Source: Naegleria gruberi
Taxonomy: Eukaryota
Reading direction: 5' to 3' (one strand)
Length of the DNA stretch: 33,919 nucleotides
NCBI GenBank assembly: GCA_000004985.1
Contig: GG738948.1
In this document: piece after piece, positions 10,736 to 21,584 of the stretch
How positions within the stretch are numbered: position 1 is the stretch's first letter
Layout of the letters: each line of letters starts with the position of its first letter
Position numbers and translations under genes: made by a program
Notes under the pieces: model-generated
Told to the model about the DNA's origin: nothing
What the model saw: only the letters and a program-made list of their open reading frames with translations
Databases searched by the model: none

Positions 10736-11269
10736 TTAAGGCTCCACCTTTTCACAATTAACACAATACTCATCCCAATATAAAAACTTACAATAATTTT
10801 CAAAACCAAGTTTTTCCAAGGCATTCAAAACATCTTCTCCTGCCACAGTTTTTCTCTTTTCTTCTACACAAAGATCGGATGCTTCACCTGTCACAAAACA
10901 AATAAATTCTGTGACACATTCTTGCATACACTCCTTTGCTTCCTTTGAAATTTTAGCACTCTTATTAAACATTTCCACAGTTTTTTTCATAATTCTCTCA
11001 ATGTTTGCATATGGCAACAATCTGTCTTGTTCCTTGAATTCAAAGAGAGGGTCAAAGAAACGTCCTCCATTTTCATCATCATCAACTTCCTCAGTCTCGT
11101 CCTCATCAGAATCCCTCTCAACTGGATGATTTGTCGTATAACTTGGAAAGTATGCATTTGCTTCTCCTGGTTTGGCCATAATCGGAACCTCATTATGTTC
11201 CACCATTCTTTGATCACTATCCTCCACCACCGACAGGTGTTGTTGTTGTTGTTCAGCCGAACTCATCAT
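10736..11269 (-). CDS. NFYB: CCAAT-binding factor subunit B (NF-YB/HAP3) histone-fold protein, 177 aa, single exon
   Basis: The histone-fold core [18 protein letters not shown]…[55 protein letters not shown] closely matches the NF-YB consensus (REQDRFLPIANV…[33 protein letters not shown]…LGFEDY). The first ATG is at 11269 ([10 protein letters not shown]…) and the stop is TAA at 10736-10738. Further upstream in the track ORF is gap and repeat read-through. Confidence 0.75.
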   Translation of the reverse strand: MMSSAEQQQQHLSVVEDSDQRMVEHNEVPIMAKPGEANAYFPSYTTNHPVERDSDEDETEEVDDDENGGRFFDPLFEFKEQDRLLPYANIERIMKKTVEMFNKSAKISKEAKECMQECVTEFICFVTGEASDLCVEEKRKTVAGEDVLNALEKLGFENYCKFLYWDEYCVNCEKVEP

Positions 11270-11286
11270 GATGATTGTTGTTATCG

Positions 11287-11336
11287 NNNNNNNNNNNNNN
11301 NNNNNNNNNNNNNNNNNNNNNNNNNNNNNNNNNNNN
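11287..11336. other. 50-N scaffold gap
   Basis: Uninterrupted N. Confidence 0.95.
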
Positions 11337-12641
11337 TGATTGAGAGGGCTAAACTTGTACATTTTGTGAATAATTACTTGCATTGTTTTGAGAGAGGGGA
11401 AGATGTTGAATTGCTTCATAATGATGGATGGATAAAATCAAAGGGGGAATTGAGATGTATTTATGCTTTCTATTTGGGTATTTTGACATTGAGTTCACAA
11501 CTGTTGGGTGAATTGGACTATGTGGATTATATTTTGAGAAGGGCAGAATGTGAAATTGCAGCACTTTCTGTGGATCATATCACACAGTTTTATTGGGGTG
11601 CCTCTTGTCACTTGATGTTTATGACTTGTGTCGCAGAAGGAAATCAAATCAAAGCAAGCTATTATCATACCCTTATTAATTTTTATTTGGATAACGAAAA
11701 AACCTTGAGAAATAGATTTTATGCTAGTTTAGTCCATCACAAGACTCTAGTTTCGGCCAGATTTATGAAAGAATTGAATAATATGGAAAATCTGTTGGAT
11801 AACATGTACCAACTGTTTTTCTACTCTGTAAATAGAAAACTCGATGAATTCTTACTGCCAGGTACTTGGGACTACATGAGAAATACCAAAATTACTCCTC
11901 AAAACTATGTACTCTTCAAACAAGTTTCTCACTTTATATTCAAGGCCCTCATGAAACACAAATCAGAAGCTATGAAAGCTCTAACTGACTGCCACAGCGA
12001 TGGATACTTTAAACATCAGAGATTGTTTACAACAATTTTATCAGAAGGGTATGCATTTTTATTCTTGAAACAGATTCAAGAAGTGAGCTATTCAATGATG
12101 GAAGAAAGTGCACTCAGAATAACCTTATTGACTGAAAATGAATTGTTTCCGTAAGTATCCAAAATCATCATATTTATAACCATTTTGAAAATTAATTAGA
12201 TATTGCTTATTTGCAGTTCTTTCACCTGTTGTGGAAGCTTGTGCATTTCACTTGAATGTTTGTAAAATGGTGGAAAAAGGATTGAAACCTAGAAAAGCCA
12301 GCATTCTTACTTCCTCAGGACAAACCATCACATTTGACAGTTTCTCAATTCTGGAGAAGGACTTTAGAGCAATCAGCTTGATGAGTAAACGATATAGACG
12401 AGTTCAAAATATGCACAAGGATCTCATTGATGAAATGACACAAGTTCTCAATAGAAATATTTCTCCACTCAGTTTACTGAAAGATAATTTATCAATCATC
12501 AGTTCCTCTGGTACACCAAACGATGACATTCCATTGCAAAATGATGAAGTACTAATGAGTATTCTGAAACAACTCACCCAAGAGGAAGAAATGACTCCTA
12601 GCTCCTCACTAAATGAAGTAACTGAAGAGGCACTAACTCCT
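11337..12641 (+). CDS. Copy B of the 6999..8356 gene (identical sequence; exon 11337..12150, intron 12151..12199, exon 12200..>12641), truncated at both ends by gaps
   Basis: Identical to 7010..8314 by direct comparison, with the same GTAAGT…TTAG intron. Confidence 0.45.
11337..12641 (+). repeat. Copy B of the 1,305-bp identical duplicated segment
   Basis: See copy A. It starts at the first base after the 50-N gap and ends at the first base of the next N-run. Confidence 0.9.
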
Positions 12642-15600
12642 NNNNNNNNNNNNNNNNNNNNNNNNNNNNNNNNNNNNNNNNNNNNNNNNNNNNNNNNNNN
12701 NNNNNNNNNNNNNNNNNNNNNNNNNNNNNNNNNNNNNNNNNNNNNNNNNNNNNNNNNNNNNNNNNNNNNNNNNNNNNNNNNNNNNNNNNNNNNNNNNNNN
12801 NNNNNNNNNNNNNNNNNNNNNNNNNNNNNNNNNNNNNNNNNNNNNNNNNNNNNNNNNNNNNNNNNNNNNNNNNNNNNNNNNNNNNNNNNNNNNNNNNNNN
12901 NNNNNNNNNNNNNNNNNNNNNNNNNNNNNNNNNNNNNNNNNNNNNNNNNNNNNNNNNNNNNNNNNNNNNNNNNNNNNNNNNNNNNNNNNNNNNNNNNNNN
13001 NNNNNNNNNNNNNNNNNNNNNNNNNNNNNNNNNNNNNNNNNNNNNNNNNNNNNNNNNNNNNNNNNNNNNNNNNNNNNNNNNNNNNNNNNNNNNNNNNNNN
13101 NNNNNNNNNNNNNNNNNNNNNNNNNNNNNNNNNNNNNNNNNNNNNNNNNNNNNNNNNNNNNNNNNNNNNNNNNNNNNNNNNNNNNNNNNNNNNNNNNNNN
13201 NNNNNNNNNNNNNNNNNNNNNNNNNNNNNNNNNNNNNNNNNNNNNNNNNNNNNNNNNNNNNNNNNNNNNNNNNNNNNNNNNNNNNNNNNNNNNNNNNNNN
13301 NNNNNNNNNNNNNNNNNNNNNNNNNNNNNNNNNNNNNNNNNNNNNNNNNNNNNNNNNNNNNNNNNNNNNNNNNNNNNNNNNNNNNNNNNNNNNNNNNNNN
13401 NNNNNNNNNNNNNNNNNNNNNNNNNNNNNNNNNNNNNNNNNNNNNNNNNNNNNNNNNNNNNNNNNNNNNNNNNNNNNNNNNNNNNNNNNNNNNNNNNNNN
13501 NNNNNNNNNNNNNNNNNNNNNNNNNNNNNNNNNNNNNNNNNNNNNNNNNNNNNNNNNNNNNNNNNNNNNNNNNNNNNNNNNNNNNNNNNNNNNNNNNNNN
13601 NNNNNNNNNNNNNNNNNNNNNNNNNNNNNNNNNNNNNNNNNNNNNNNNNNNNNNNNNNNNNNNNNNNNNNNNNNNNNNNNNNNNNNNNNNNNNNNNNNNN
13701 NNNNNNNNNNNNNNNNNNNNNNNNNNNNNNNNNNNNNNNNNNNNNNNNNNNNNNNNNNNNNNNNNNNNNNNNNNNNNNNNNNNNNNNNNNNNNNNNNNNN
13801 NNNNNNNNNNNNNNNNNNNNNNNNNNNNNNNNNNNNNNNNNNNNNNNNNNNNNNNNNNNNNNNNNNNNNNNNNNNNNNNNNNNNNNNNNNNNNNNNNNNN
13901 NNNNNNNNNNNNNNNNNNNNNNNNNNNNNNNNNNNNNNNNNNNNNNNNNNNNNNNNNNNNNNNNNNNNNNNNNNNNNNNNNNNNNNNNNNNNNNNNNNNN
14001 NNNNNNNNNNNNNNNNNNNNNNNNNNNNNNNNNNNNNNNNNNNNNNNNNNNNNNNNNNNNNNNNNNNNNNNNNNNNNNNNNNNNNNNNNNNNNNNNNNNN
14101 NNNNNNNNNNNNNNNNNNNNNNNNNNNNNNNNNNNNNNNNNNNNNNNNNNNNNNNNNNNNNNNNNNNNNNNNNNNNNNNNNNNNNNNNNNNNNNNNNNNN
14201 NNNNNNNNNNNNNNNNNNNNNNNNNNNNNNNNNNNNNNNNNNNNNNNNNNNNNNNNNNNNNNNNNNNNNNNNNNNNNNNNNNNNNNNNNNNNNNNNNNNN
14301 NNNNNNNNNNNNNNNNNNNNNNNNNNNNNNNNNNNNNNNNNNNNNNNNNNNNNNNNNNNNNNNNNNNNNNNNNNNNNNNNNNNNNNNNNNNNNNNNNNNN
14401 NNNNNNNNNNNNNNNNNNNNNNNNNNNNNNNNNNNNNNNNNNNNNNNNNNNNNNNNNNNNNNNNNNNNNNNNNNNNNNNNNNNNNNNNNNNNNNNNNNNN
14501 NNNNNNNNNNNNNNNNNNNNNNNNNNNNNNNNNNNNNNNNNNNNNNNNNNNNNNNNNNNNNNNNNNNNNNNNNNNNNNNNNNNNNNNNNNNNNNNNNNNN
14601 NNNNNNNNNNNNNNNNNNNNNNNNNNNNNNNNNNNNNNNNNNNNNNNNNNNNNNNNNNNNNNNNNNNNNNNNNNNNNNNNNNNNNNNNNNNNNNNNNNNN
14701 NNNNNNNNNNNNNNNNNNNNNNNNNNNNNNNNNNNNNNNNNNNNNNNNNNNNNNNNNNNNNNNNNNNNNNNNNNNNNNNNNNNNNNNNNNNNNNNNNNNN
14801 NNNNNNNNNNNNNNNNNNNNNNNNNNNNNNNNNNNNNNNNNNNNNNNNNNNNNNNNNNNNNNNNNNNNNNNNNNNNNNNNNNNNNNNNNNNNNNNNNNNN
14901 NNNNNNNNNNNNNNNNNNNNNNNNNNNNNNNNNNNNNNNNNNNNNNNNNNNNNNNNNNNNNNNNNNNNNNNNNNNNNNNNNNNNNNNNNNNNNNNNNNNN
15001 NNNNNNNNNNNNNNNNNNNNNNNNNNNNNNNNNNNNNNNNNNNNNNNNNNNNNNNNNNNNNNNNNNNNNNNNNNNNNNNNNNNNNNNNNNNNNNNNNNNN
15101 NNNNNNNNNNNNNNNNNNNNNNNNNNNNNNNNNNNNNNNNNNNNNNNNNNNNNNNNNNNNNNNNNNNNNNNNNNNNNNNNNNNNNNNNNNNNNNNNNNNN
15201 NNNNNNNNNNNNNNNNNNNNNNNNNNNNNNNNNNNNNNNNNNNNNNNNNNNNNNNNNNNNNNNNNNNNNNNNNNNNNNNNNNNNNNNNNNNNNNNNNNNN
15301 NNNNNNNNNNNNNNNNNNNNNNNNNNNNNNNNNNNNNNNNNNNNNNNNNNNNNNNNNNNNNNNNNNNNNNNNNNNNNNNNNNNNNNNNNNNNNNNNNNNN
15401 NNNNNNNNNNNNNNNNNNNNNNNNNNNNNNNNNNNNNNNNNNNNNNNNNNNNNNNNNNNNNNNNNNNNNNNNNNNNNNNNNNNNNNNNNNNNNNNNNNNN
15501 NNNNNNNNNNNNNNNNNNNNNNNNNNNNNNNNNNNNNNNNNNNNNNNNNNNNNNNNNNNNNNNNNNNNNNNNNNNNNNNNNNNNNNNNNNNNNNNNNNNN

Positions 15601-16914
15601 NNNNNNNNNNNNNNNNNNNNNNNNNNNNNNNNNNNNNNNNNNNNNNNNNNNNNNNNNNNNNNNNNNNNNNNNNNNNNNNNNNNNNNNNNNNNNNNNNNNN
15701 NNNNNNNNNNNNNNNNNNNNNNNNNNNNNNNNNNNNNNNNNNNNNNNNNNNNNNNNNNNNNNNNNNNNNNNNNNNNNNNNNNNNNNNNNNNNNNNNNNNN
15801 NNNNNNNNNNNNNNNNNNNNNNNNNNNNNNNNNNNNNNNNNNNNNNNNNNNNNNNNNNNNNNNNNNNNNNNNNNNNNNNNNNNNNNNNNNNNNNNNNNNN
15901 NNNNNNNNNNNNNNNNNNNNNNNNNNNNNNNNNNNNNNNNNNNNNNNNNNNNNNNNNNNNNNNNNNNNNNNNNNNNNNNNNNNNNNNNNNNNNNNNNNNN
16001 NNNNNNNNNNNNNNNNNNNNNNNNNNNNNNNNNNNNNNNNNNNNNNNNNNNNNNNNNNNNNNNNNNNNNNNNNNNNNNNNNNNNNNNNNNNNNNNNNNNN
16101 NNNNNNNNNNNNNNNNNNNNNNNNNNNNNNNNNNNNNNNNNNNNNNNNNNNNNNNNNNNNNNNNNNNNNNNNNNNNNNNNNNNNNNNNNNNNNNNNNNNN
16201 NNNNNNNNNNNNNNNNNNNNNNNNNNNNNNNNNNNNNNNNNNNNNNNNNNNNNNNNNNNNNNNNNNNNNNNNNNNNNNNNNNNNNNNNNNNNNNNNNNNN
16301 NNNNNNNNNNNNNNNNNNNNNNNNNNNNNNNNNNNNNNNNNNNNNNNNNNNNNNNNNNNNNNNNNNNNNNNNNNNNNNNNNNNNNNNNNNNNNNNNNNNN
16401 NNNNNNNNNNNNNNNNNNNNNNNNNNNNNNNNNNNNNNNNNNNNNNNNNNNNNNNNNNNNNNNNNNNNNNNNNNNNNNNNNNNNNNNNNNNNNNNNNNNN
16501 NNNNNNNNNNNNNNNNNNNNNNNNNNNNNNNNNNNNNNNNNNNNNNNNNNNNNNNNNNNNNNNNNNNNNNNNNNNNNNNNNNNNNNNNNNNNNNNNNNNN
16601 NNNNNNNNNNNNNNNNNNNNNNNNNNNNNNNNNNNNNNNNNNNNNNNNNNNNNNNNNNNNNNNNNNNNNNNNNNNNNNNNNNNNNNNNNNNNNNNNNNNN
16701 NNNNNNNNNNNNNNNNNNNNNNNNNNNNNNNNNNNNNNNNNNNNNNNNNNNNNNNNNNNNNNNNNNNNNNNNNNNNNNNNNNNNNNNNNNNNNNNNNNNN
16801 NNNNNNNNNNNNNNNNNNNNNNNNNNNNNNNNNNNNNNNNNNNNNNNNNNNNNNNNNNNNNNNNNNNNNNNNNNNNNNNNNNNNNNNNNNNNNNNNNNNN
16901 NNNNNNNNNNNNNN
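12642..16914. other. N-run, 4,273 nt
   Basis: Uninterrupted N. Confidence 0.95.
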
Positions 16915-16916
16915 TC

Positions 16917-17423
16917 AACGATTCTATGGTCATTTATGCTGGTGAGCTGAACATTGATGTACCTGTTTTAACATGTGATTTGGTCATCTTCCATTTCAAA
17001 ACAAATTCTTGGACCGTTGTGAAATTTGAGGAAACAAAGATATGCCCAGTACCTCAGCCAATTTATGGCAATACTATTTGTTTGATAGATCAACGTTTTT
17101 TATTAAGCTTGGGAGGTTGTGAACAGAGCAATAGAATACCTAAAAATGATTGCTATGTTTTCGATTTGAAAAGGAATGAGTGGAGTGTTTGCATTCAATT
17201 AGGAGTTGCTGCAGGAAGGTTATTGTGCTCCTCACTGGTGCATGATGCAACTGGAAGTGGCTTGTATTTTTATGGAGGAAAAACTGAGGAGGATGTTTCA
17301 GCTGATTCCATCATTCATGTGAGGTATCGATTTGCTGGAGAATTCTTCTTTGTAGAGAAGATTTTCCAAAAACTCAAGAATAATCAATTATGTGACATTG
17401 GGATACTGATATCAGATGAATAA
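16917..17423 (+). CDS. Kelch-repeat protein, C-terminal fragment (5' part in N-gap)
   Basis: Kelch-like blades appear in the translation: SMVIYAGE…, NTICLIDQRFLLSLGG…, NDCYVFDLKRNEWSV and SGLYFYGGKTEED. The stop is TAA at 17421-17423. Confidence 0.5.
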   Translation, partial: NDSMVIYAGELNIDVPVLTCDLVIFHFKTNSWTVVKFEETKICPVPQPIYGNTICLIDQRFLLSLGGCEQSNRIPKNDCYVFDLKRNEWSVCIQLGVAAGRLLCSSLVHDATGSGLYFYGGKTEEDVSADSIIHVRYRFAGEFFFVEKIFQKLKNNQLCDIGILISDE

Positions 17424-17739
17424 ATTAATGGTTGAAAAGACTTAGAATTTTGTACAAAAGCTAATGAACTAATGGAAGAAATGAACTTGTGTAATGGATG
17501 AAAAGATTACAATTTTTTACAATTTTCTTTATTGATGAAATTATGGAAGTTATGAACCTTATTGAATGGTGAACTAACATTATTCGAATCTTGAAGAAAA
17601 TAGAAGAGAGATAGTTTGGAACATCTTGAACAATTTAATGAACTACAATATCTCAAAGAAAACTATCTCTCTTTTCATGAATCAAACATACAAACGAAAC
17701 TAACCATAAAGTTTCATTTCCAATTTGAAACAGAAATCA

Positions 17740-17769
17740 ATAAATGAACTTGTGAAATAGTTCATTTAT
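17740..17769. repeat. 10-bp/10-bp perfect inverted repeat (ataaatgaac … gttcatttat) with a 10-nt spacer, lying about 320 nt downstream of the Kelch gene stop (potential hairpin)
   Basis: The arms are exact reverse complements. One arm overlaps a 13-mer (aaatgaacttgtg) that also occurs at 17478-17490. Confidence 0.4.
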
Positions 17770-18592
17770 CTCACAAACCCCTTTCGTTTACAACACATCT
17801 CTATTTGAAATTGTTTACAATGAAACATGAAAAATCAAAATGAGAATCAATATCTCTGTCACATTGTAATTGAATCAAAAATCTTCTATACAATCAACAA
17901 CTGCTGACTCATCACTGAACGTCCAATTATTCGATCGAACGAACGGACTATTAATTTTGTAAAAAATTTCAAAACAAAATTAGAAAAATGAAATCTCGTC
18001 AATTTCGTCAACAAATTTGCAACCTTAAGGTTCTTGATGGAAAGACACGAGCGAAAGCGTCAAGTCATATTATTTGGGAAGTGAACAGAACTGTGCTTAT
18101 CTCTTCTCTTATTCGAAACTTGAACATTGGGTTCATTTGGTTGAACATTTAATGAAGTATATCTATTCGATACAACCACACTAATGGAAACAATGAAGAA
18201 TTAAACTGTTCCCACCATTATTTTAGAACGGACACGGTTTGGAATTTGTAAAACCACTAACTGCAATGATTTCTTTAACGAACAATGACATATTCGAAAG
18301 ATTCTCAAAAATACAATGAACAGTAGTGTGAAATATTTGTAGTGAGAGTCGACTGTAGTAAAAGATTCCAAAAGATTCCTCAAATTTGTTATTACAATGA
18401 TTACTAACCCGCACAACTGCAAGAATCAATACAACGACACTGGTAAAAATTCTTGAGAAAACGTCTCCGGCCAGCGTCCGTGATTCAACAATTAAAAAAA
18501 AATGATCAAACAACAACATGATACTATCTCATCCTTTGATCACTCTATAGAGATCCAACAACAAAAAAACAACACAACTTTTACTTTTAAAT

Positions 18593-19366
18593 ATGACTAA
18601 ATCAGCAAATAAATTAATAGATTTCGTTACTTATACCAATGATTGCTTTACGTCAAAAAGCAAGCCAAAGGTAGAGAAGATCTTTGACTCAATCGAGAAG
18701 AAGGTTGCCAAGAAAAGAAAGGTAAGTTTTTTATTTATTATTATTATATATGTATTATAATTGAATTGAATTAAATAATACAATTAGAGCACTACCACCA
18801 AGAAAACAAGCAAGAACACACTCATCAACATTCCAAAGAAAGCAACCAAGCCTACACCTTGTCAATTTGGTGGTGTTGATTGGAGATCTGTTATTGCCAC
18901 TTATGATCAAGATATATTGGAACTCTACTATCAAAACAGAAGACTAAAAGAATTTACAATGGAGGCTGCAAACATTTTGCACACAAGATTGCAACCAAAT
19001 TTCAGCAAGTTCGGAACGTGGAATTTTCTAGGATCTTGTACAAAGGAATTATTGAACAAACTGTTCTCTCATCAAGATTGTTTGACTTGGGACGCTCCTT
19101 TTACATCAAAAGAAAACGGACAAGTTATCAAGAAGACTCAAACCTTCTTCTATTTTTGTGGATCTATGCCAGATTTATTAACAGGAGAGTTTGAATGGGA
19201 ATTTAAGCAACATCCAATTACGGAAGATTTCAATTTTAAACAGATCGAATCTTTTTATAATGAGCTAGTAATTATCATCAAACCAGATAATCGAGTCTTC
19301 TGTCATTACTCTCAAGTAACACAAAGCTTTTGTCCAATTCTCAAGAAATATCTTCGTGTTTGTTAA
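18593..19366 (+). CDS. hypothetical Lys-rich protein, 235 aa; join(18593..18721,18788..19366)
   Basis: The ATG is at 18593 (MTKSANKLIDF…KKVAKKRK). A GTAAGT donor at 18722 and a CAATTAG acceptor ending 18787 define a 66-nt phase-0 intron. Exon 2 (STTTKKTSKN…FGGVDWRSV…YLRVC*) keeps the frame and ends on TAA. I recognise no domain. Confidence 0.5.
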
Positions 19367-19410
19367 GTTTCAATAAATATGCCAATTTCAAAAATTACGT
19401 CAAGTTCAAT

Positions 19411-19460
19411 NNNNNNNNNNNNNNNNNNNNNNNNNNNNNNNNNNNNNNNNNNNNNNNNNN
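19411..19460. other. 50-N scaffold gap
   Basis: Uninterrupted N. Confidence 0.95.
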
Positions 19461-21584
19461 CACCAATTTTCATCATTCATTTCACCAAGTTCCATAATTA
19501 GTAATTTGGAGTGAAGGAATGAGTGATCACTTTGTTCAACTTCTTTCAGTTCAGTGTGTTTTCCTAGCCATGGGAAACCATTTACACTTGCTAAATAAAT
19601 ACGTCTGTGCTCTTGTTGTAACAGTTGGAGAGTTTCTAACTTATTTGCTTTTCCACCTGAAGCTGTGCTTCTTTCTAGAGCTAACCGATGGCCAGCATGG
19701 ATGTTTTCACTTCCTTCATTAGCAAATTTCACTAATGGACCATAAATGAAAATCAAATCTGGAACATGCTTAATCAAAATGTGGAAGTAATATGCAAATT
19801 TTGATGTTGGATAAATCTCTCTCAATAAACGGCCAACGTACTTGCACATTAATTGTAAAGTGTCCTTCTTGTCCACATCACCAATTAGCGAATCAGGACC
19901 TTCAATAAAATCAAAAAAAATAACTCGAACCAACTCCCACAACATCACTCCTTTGTAATCCAAATAGCCATCAAATATTTTCTCAAAGTTGCGGAGGATT
20001 TCATCAACTTGATCACCATTTAAATATGGAATTTTTGGATAATGTTGATCACTCACACCTTCATCTTCATCCTCTTGTCTCTCGTTTCTGTATTTGAATT
20101 GAGATAGATGTGGTAATCTTTTCATTCTTGATTCAATTACATCCCATACATCTTTTCCGTGTTGGAGTAAAATCTGTACCACCAAACAAGAAACAATTCT
20201 CATCTTCATATGCAAGGAACAAATAATATTATGGACTAGGACATTAGGCATCATTCTGAAAAATAATGTTCTTGGATCATTATCATGTTCATAAAGATGA
20301 CGTTGTGATTTCTTACATTTACAATAAGGACAAAAACATTCTTCATCATTCAAGTCAGATATTAATCCAAACATCTTCAAATCATGTACCATGAATATTT
20401 TGATTGGAATGGAAGTATCATTATACATTATTTCAAAGAAACCAGTTAAAGAATTGTAACTTTCCTCTAATATTGAAGTAATGAACCTTAAAATGGCATT
20501 AGATGCTTCCATATTTTCATCATAATCTAGAATGGCACAAATAATTTGAGAGAATCTGGATTGTGCTGCCACTTGTAAATTTAAAGGAGCAACAGATCCC
20601 ACCAAATAAGTCTCAGTTCCCTTATCTAATGAAAGTTTCAAGTCTACACTAGAAAGGCTATTGCTAATATTATTCTTGCTACAAATTGATTTGTGAATAT
20701 TTAACATGTCACCCAATACTTTCACAAAATTACAACAAACGGCTACACCATTAACAAACACGTTATATCTAGCTTGGGTGCATTCATGAATGGCACTTCT
20801 CAATCTACACAATGTTCTAGAACAAGGAAGAATACATTTCAAACCTGTATATTCAATGAATGTTTGATATTTCTCATCACTTAGTAGAATGAAATCTTTC
20901 ACATATTGAATTAGTTTCTTGCTTATATCTAATTTACTTTTGACTGTAGAAACAGCATTCTTGATTTGTAACCATAATGATTCGTTTTCTTTACCTGTGG
21001 ATGGATTAATTCTCATACACCTTAACATCTTCACAAATTCTGGGATATTTCTTTGAAAGTAGAGAGCTAACATTAACAGTAAGTTTAATCCACAAGCTGT
21101 ACAAATACCATACAAAATATTCATAACATTATTTACAATTTTGTTTCTATAGGTAGCATCTGTCATTTCTGTAATTTTCTTTCTATACTTTGTGGAACAT
21201 GTGATACTTTCATTACCACAAGCAGAACAGCAACCTCCTACGAATTTCAAATTAATTCCTGACTGCTCAACATTATTTCTTATTACAATGGGTGTTAAAT
21301 CTTGGACTAAATATTTGGAAATTAATTCCAAAACAGATTCTTTACATTTACAGGATGGACTCAATAGAAATGATAAGGCCCAAACCGGTTCAACAAATTT
21401 ATTTTTTTCAATCATCATTCCTTTCCAATTGGATTTATTAGGTTTAAAATATTTTGGCTTTCTTGGAGTTGTACTATATTTCTTTAATAATTTTGTAATA
21501 TTAATGTATTTTTCTTCATTTTGGGTTGTTATTTCAATATCAGTGCGATCAAAAATAGTATGGATATTTGGAATTACCTCACTT
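19461..21584 (-). CDS. large hypothetical protein with Cys clusters (at least 708 aa resolved), open at both ends into N-runs; possibly a transposase (KDZ/Plavaka/CACTA-like or other) — family not confirmed
   Basis: A continuous 2,124-nt minus-strand frame has no stop up to the 21585 gap; I translated 21418-21584 by hand (SEVIPNIHTIFDRTDIEITTQNEEKYINITKLLKKYSTTPRKPKYFKPNKSNWKGMMIEKNKF…) to check this. Cys clusters include GGCCSACGNESITC, GICTACG and ECFCPYCKCKKSQRHLYEHD, and there is an acidic stretch (RNERQEDEDEGVSD). It has no kinase or other common catalytic motif I recognise. Confidence 0.45.

Noticed and set aside
10097-11217. Overlapping small ORFs 10097..10387(+), 10911..11129(+), 10987..11217(-)
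   Set aside because: They are alternative-frame or antisense ORFs inside the NHL-repeat and NF-YB coding regions and have no domain content.
18201-18519. Minus-strand ORFs 18201..18422 and 18223..18519 in the intergenic region upstream of the Lys-rich gene
   Set aside because: They are short, overlap each other in different frames, and sit in AT-rich intergenic sequence with no motif. Such ORFs occur by chance at this base composition.
19519-19722. ORF 19519..19722(+), ORF 26731..26928(-), ORF 32848..33054(+), ORF 1527..1730(-), ORF 855..1037(-)
   Set aside because: Each is antisense or in an alternative frame within a longer, domain-supported CDS.
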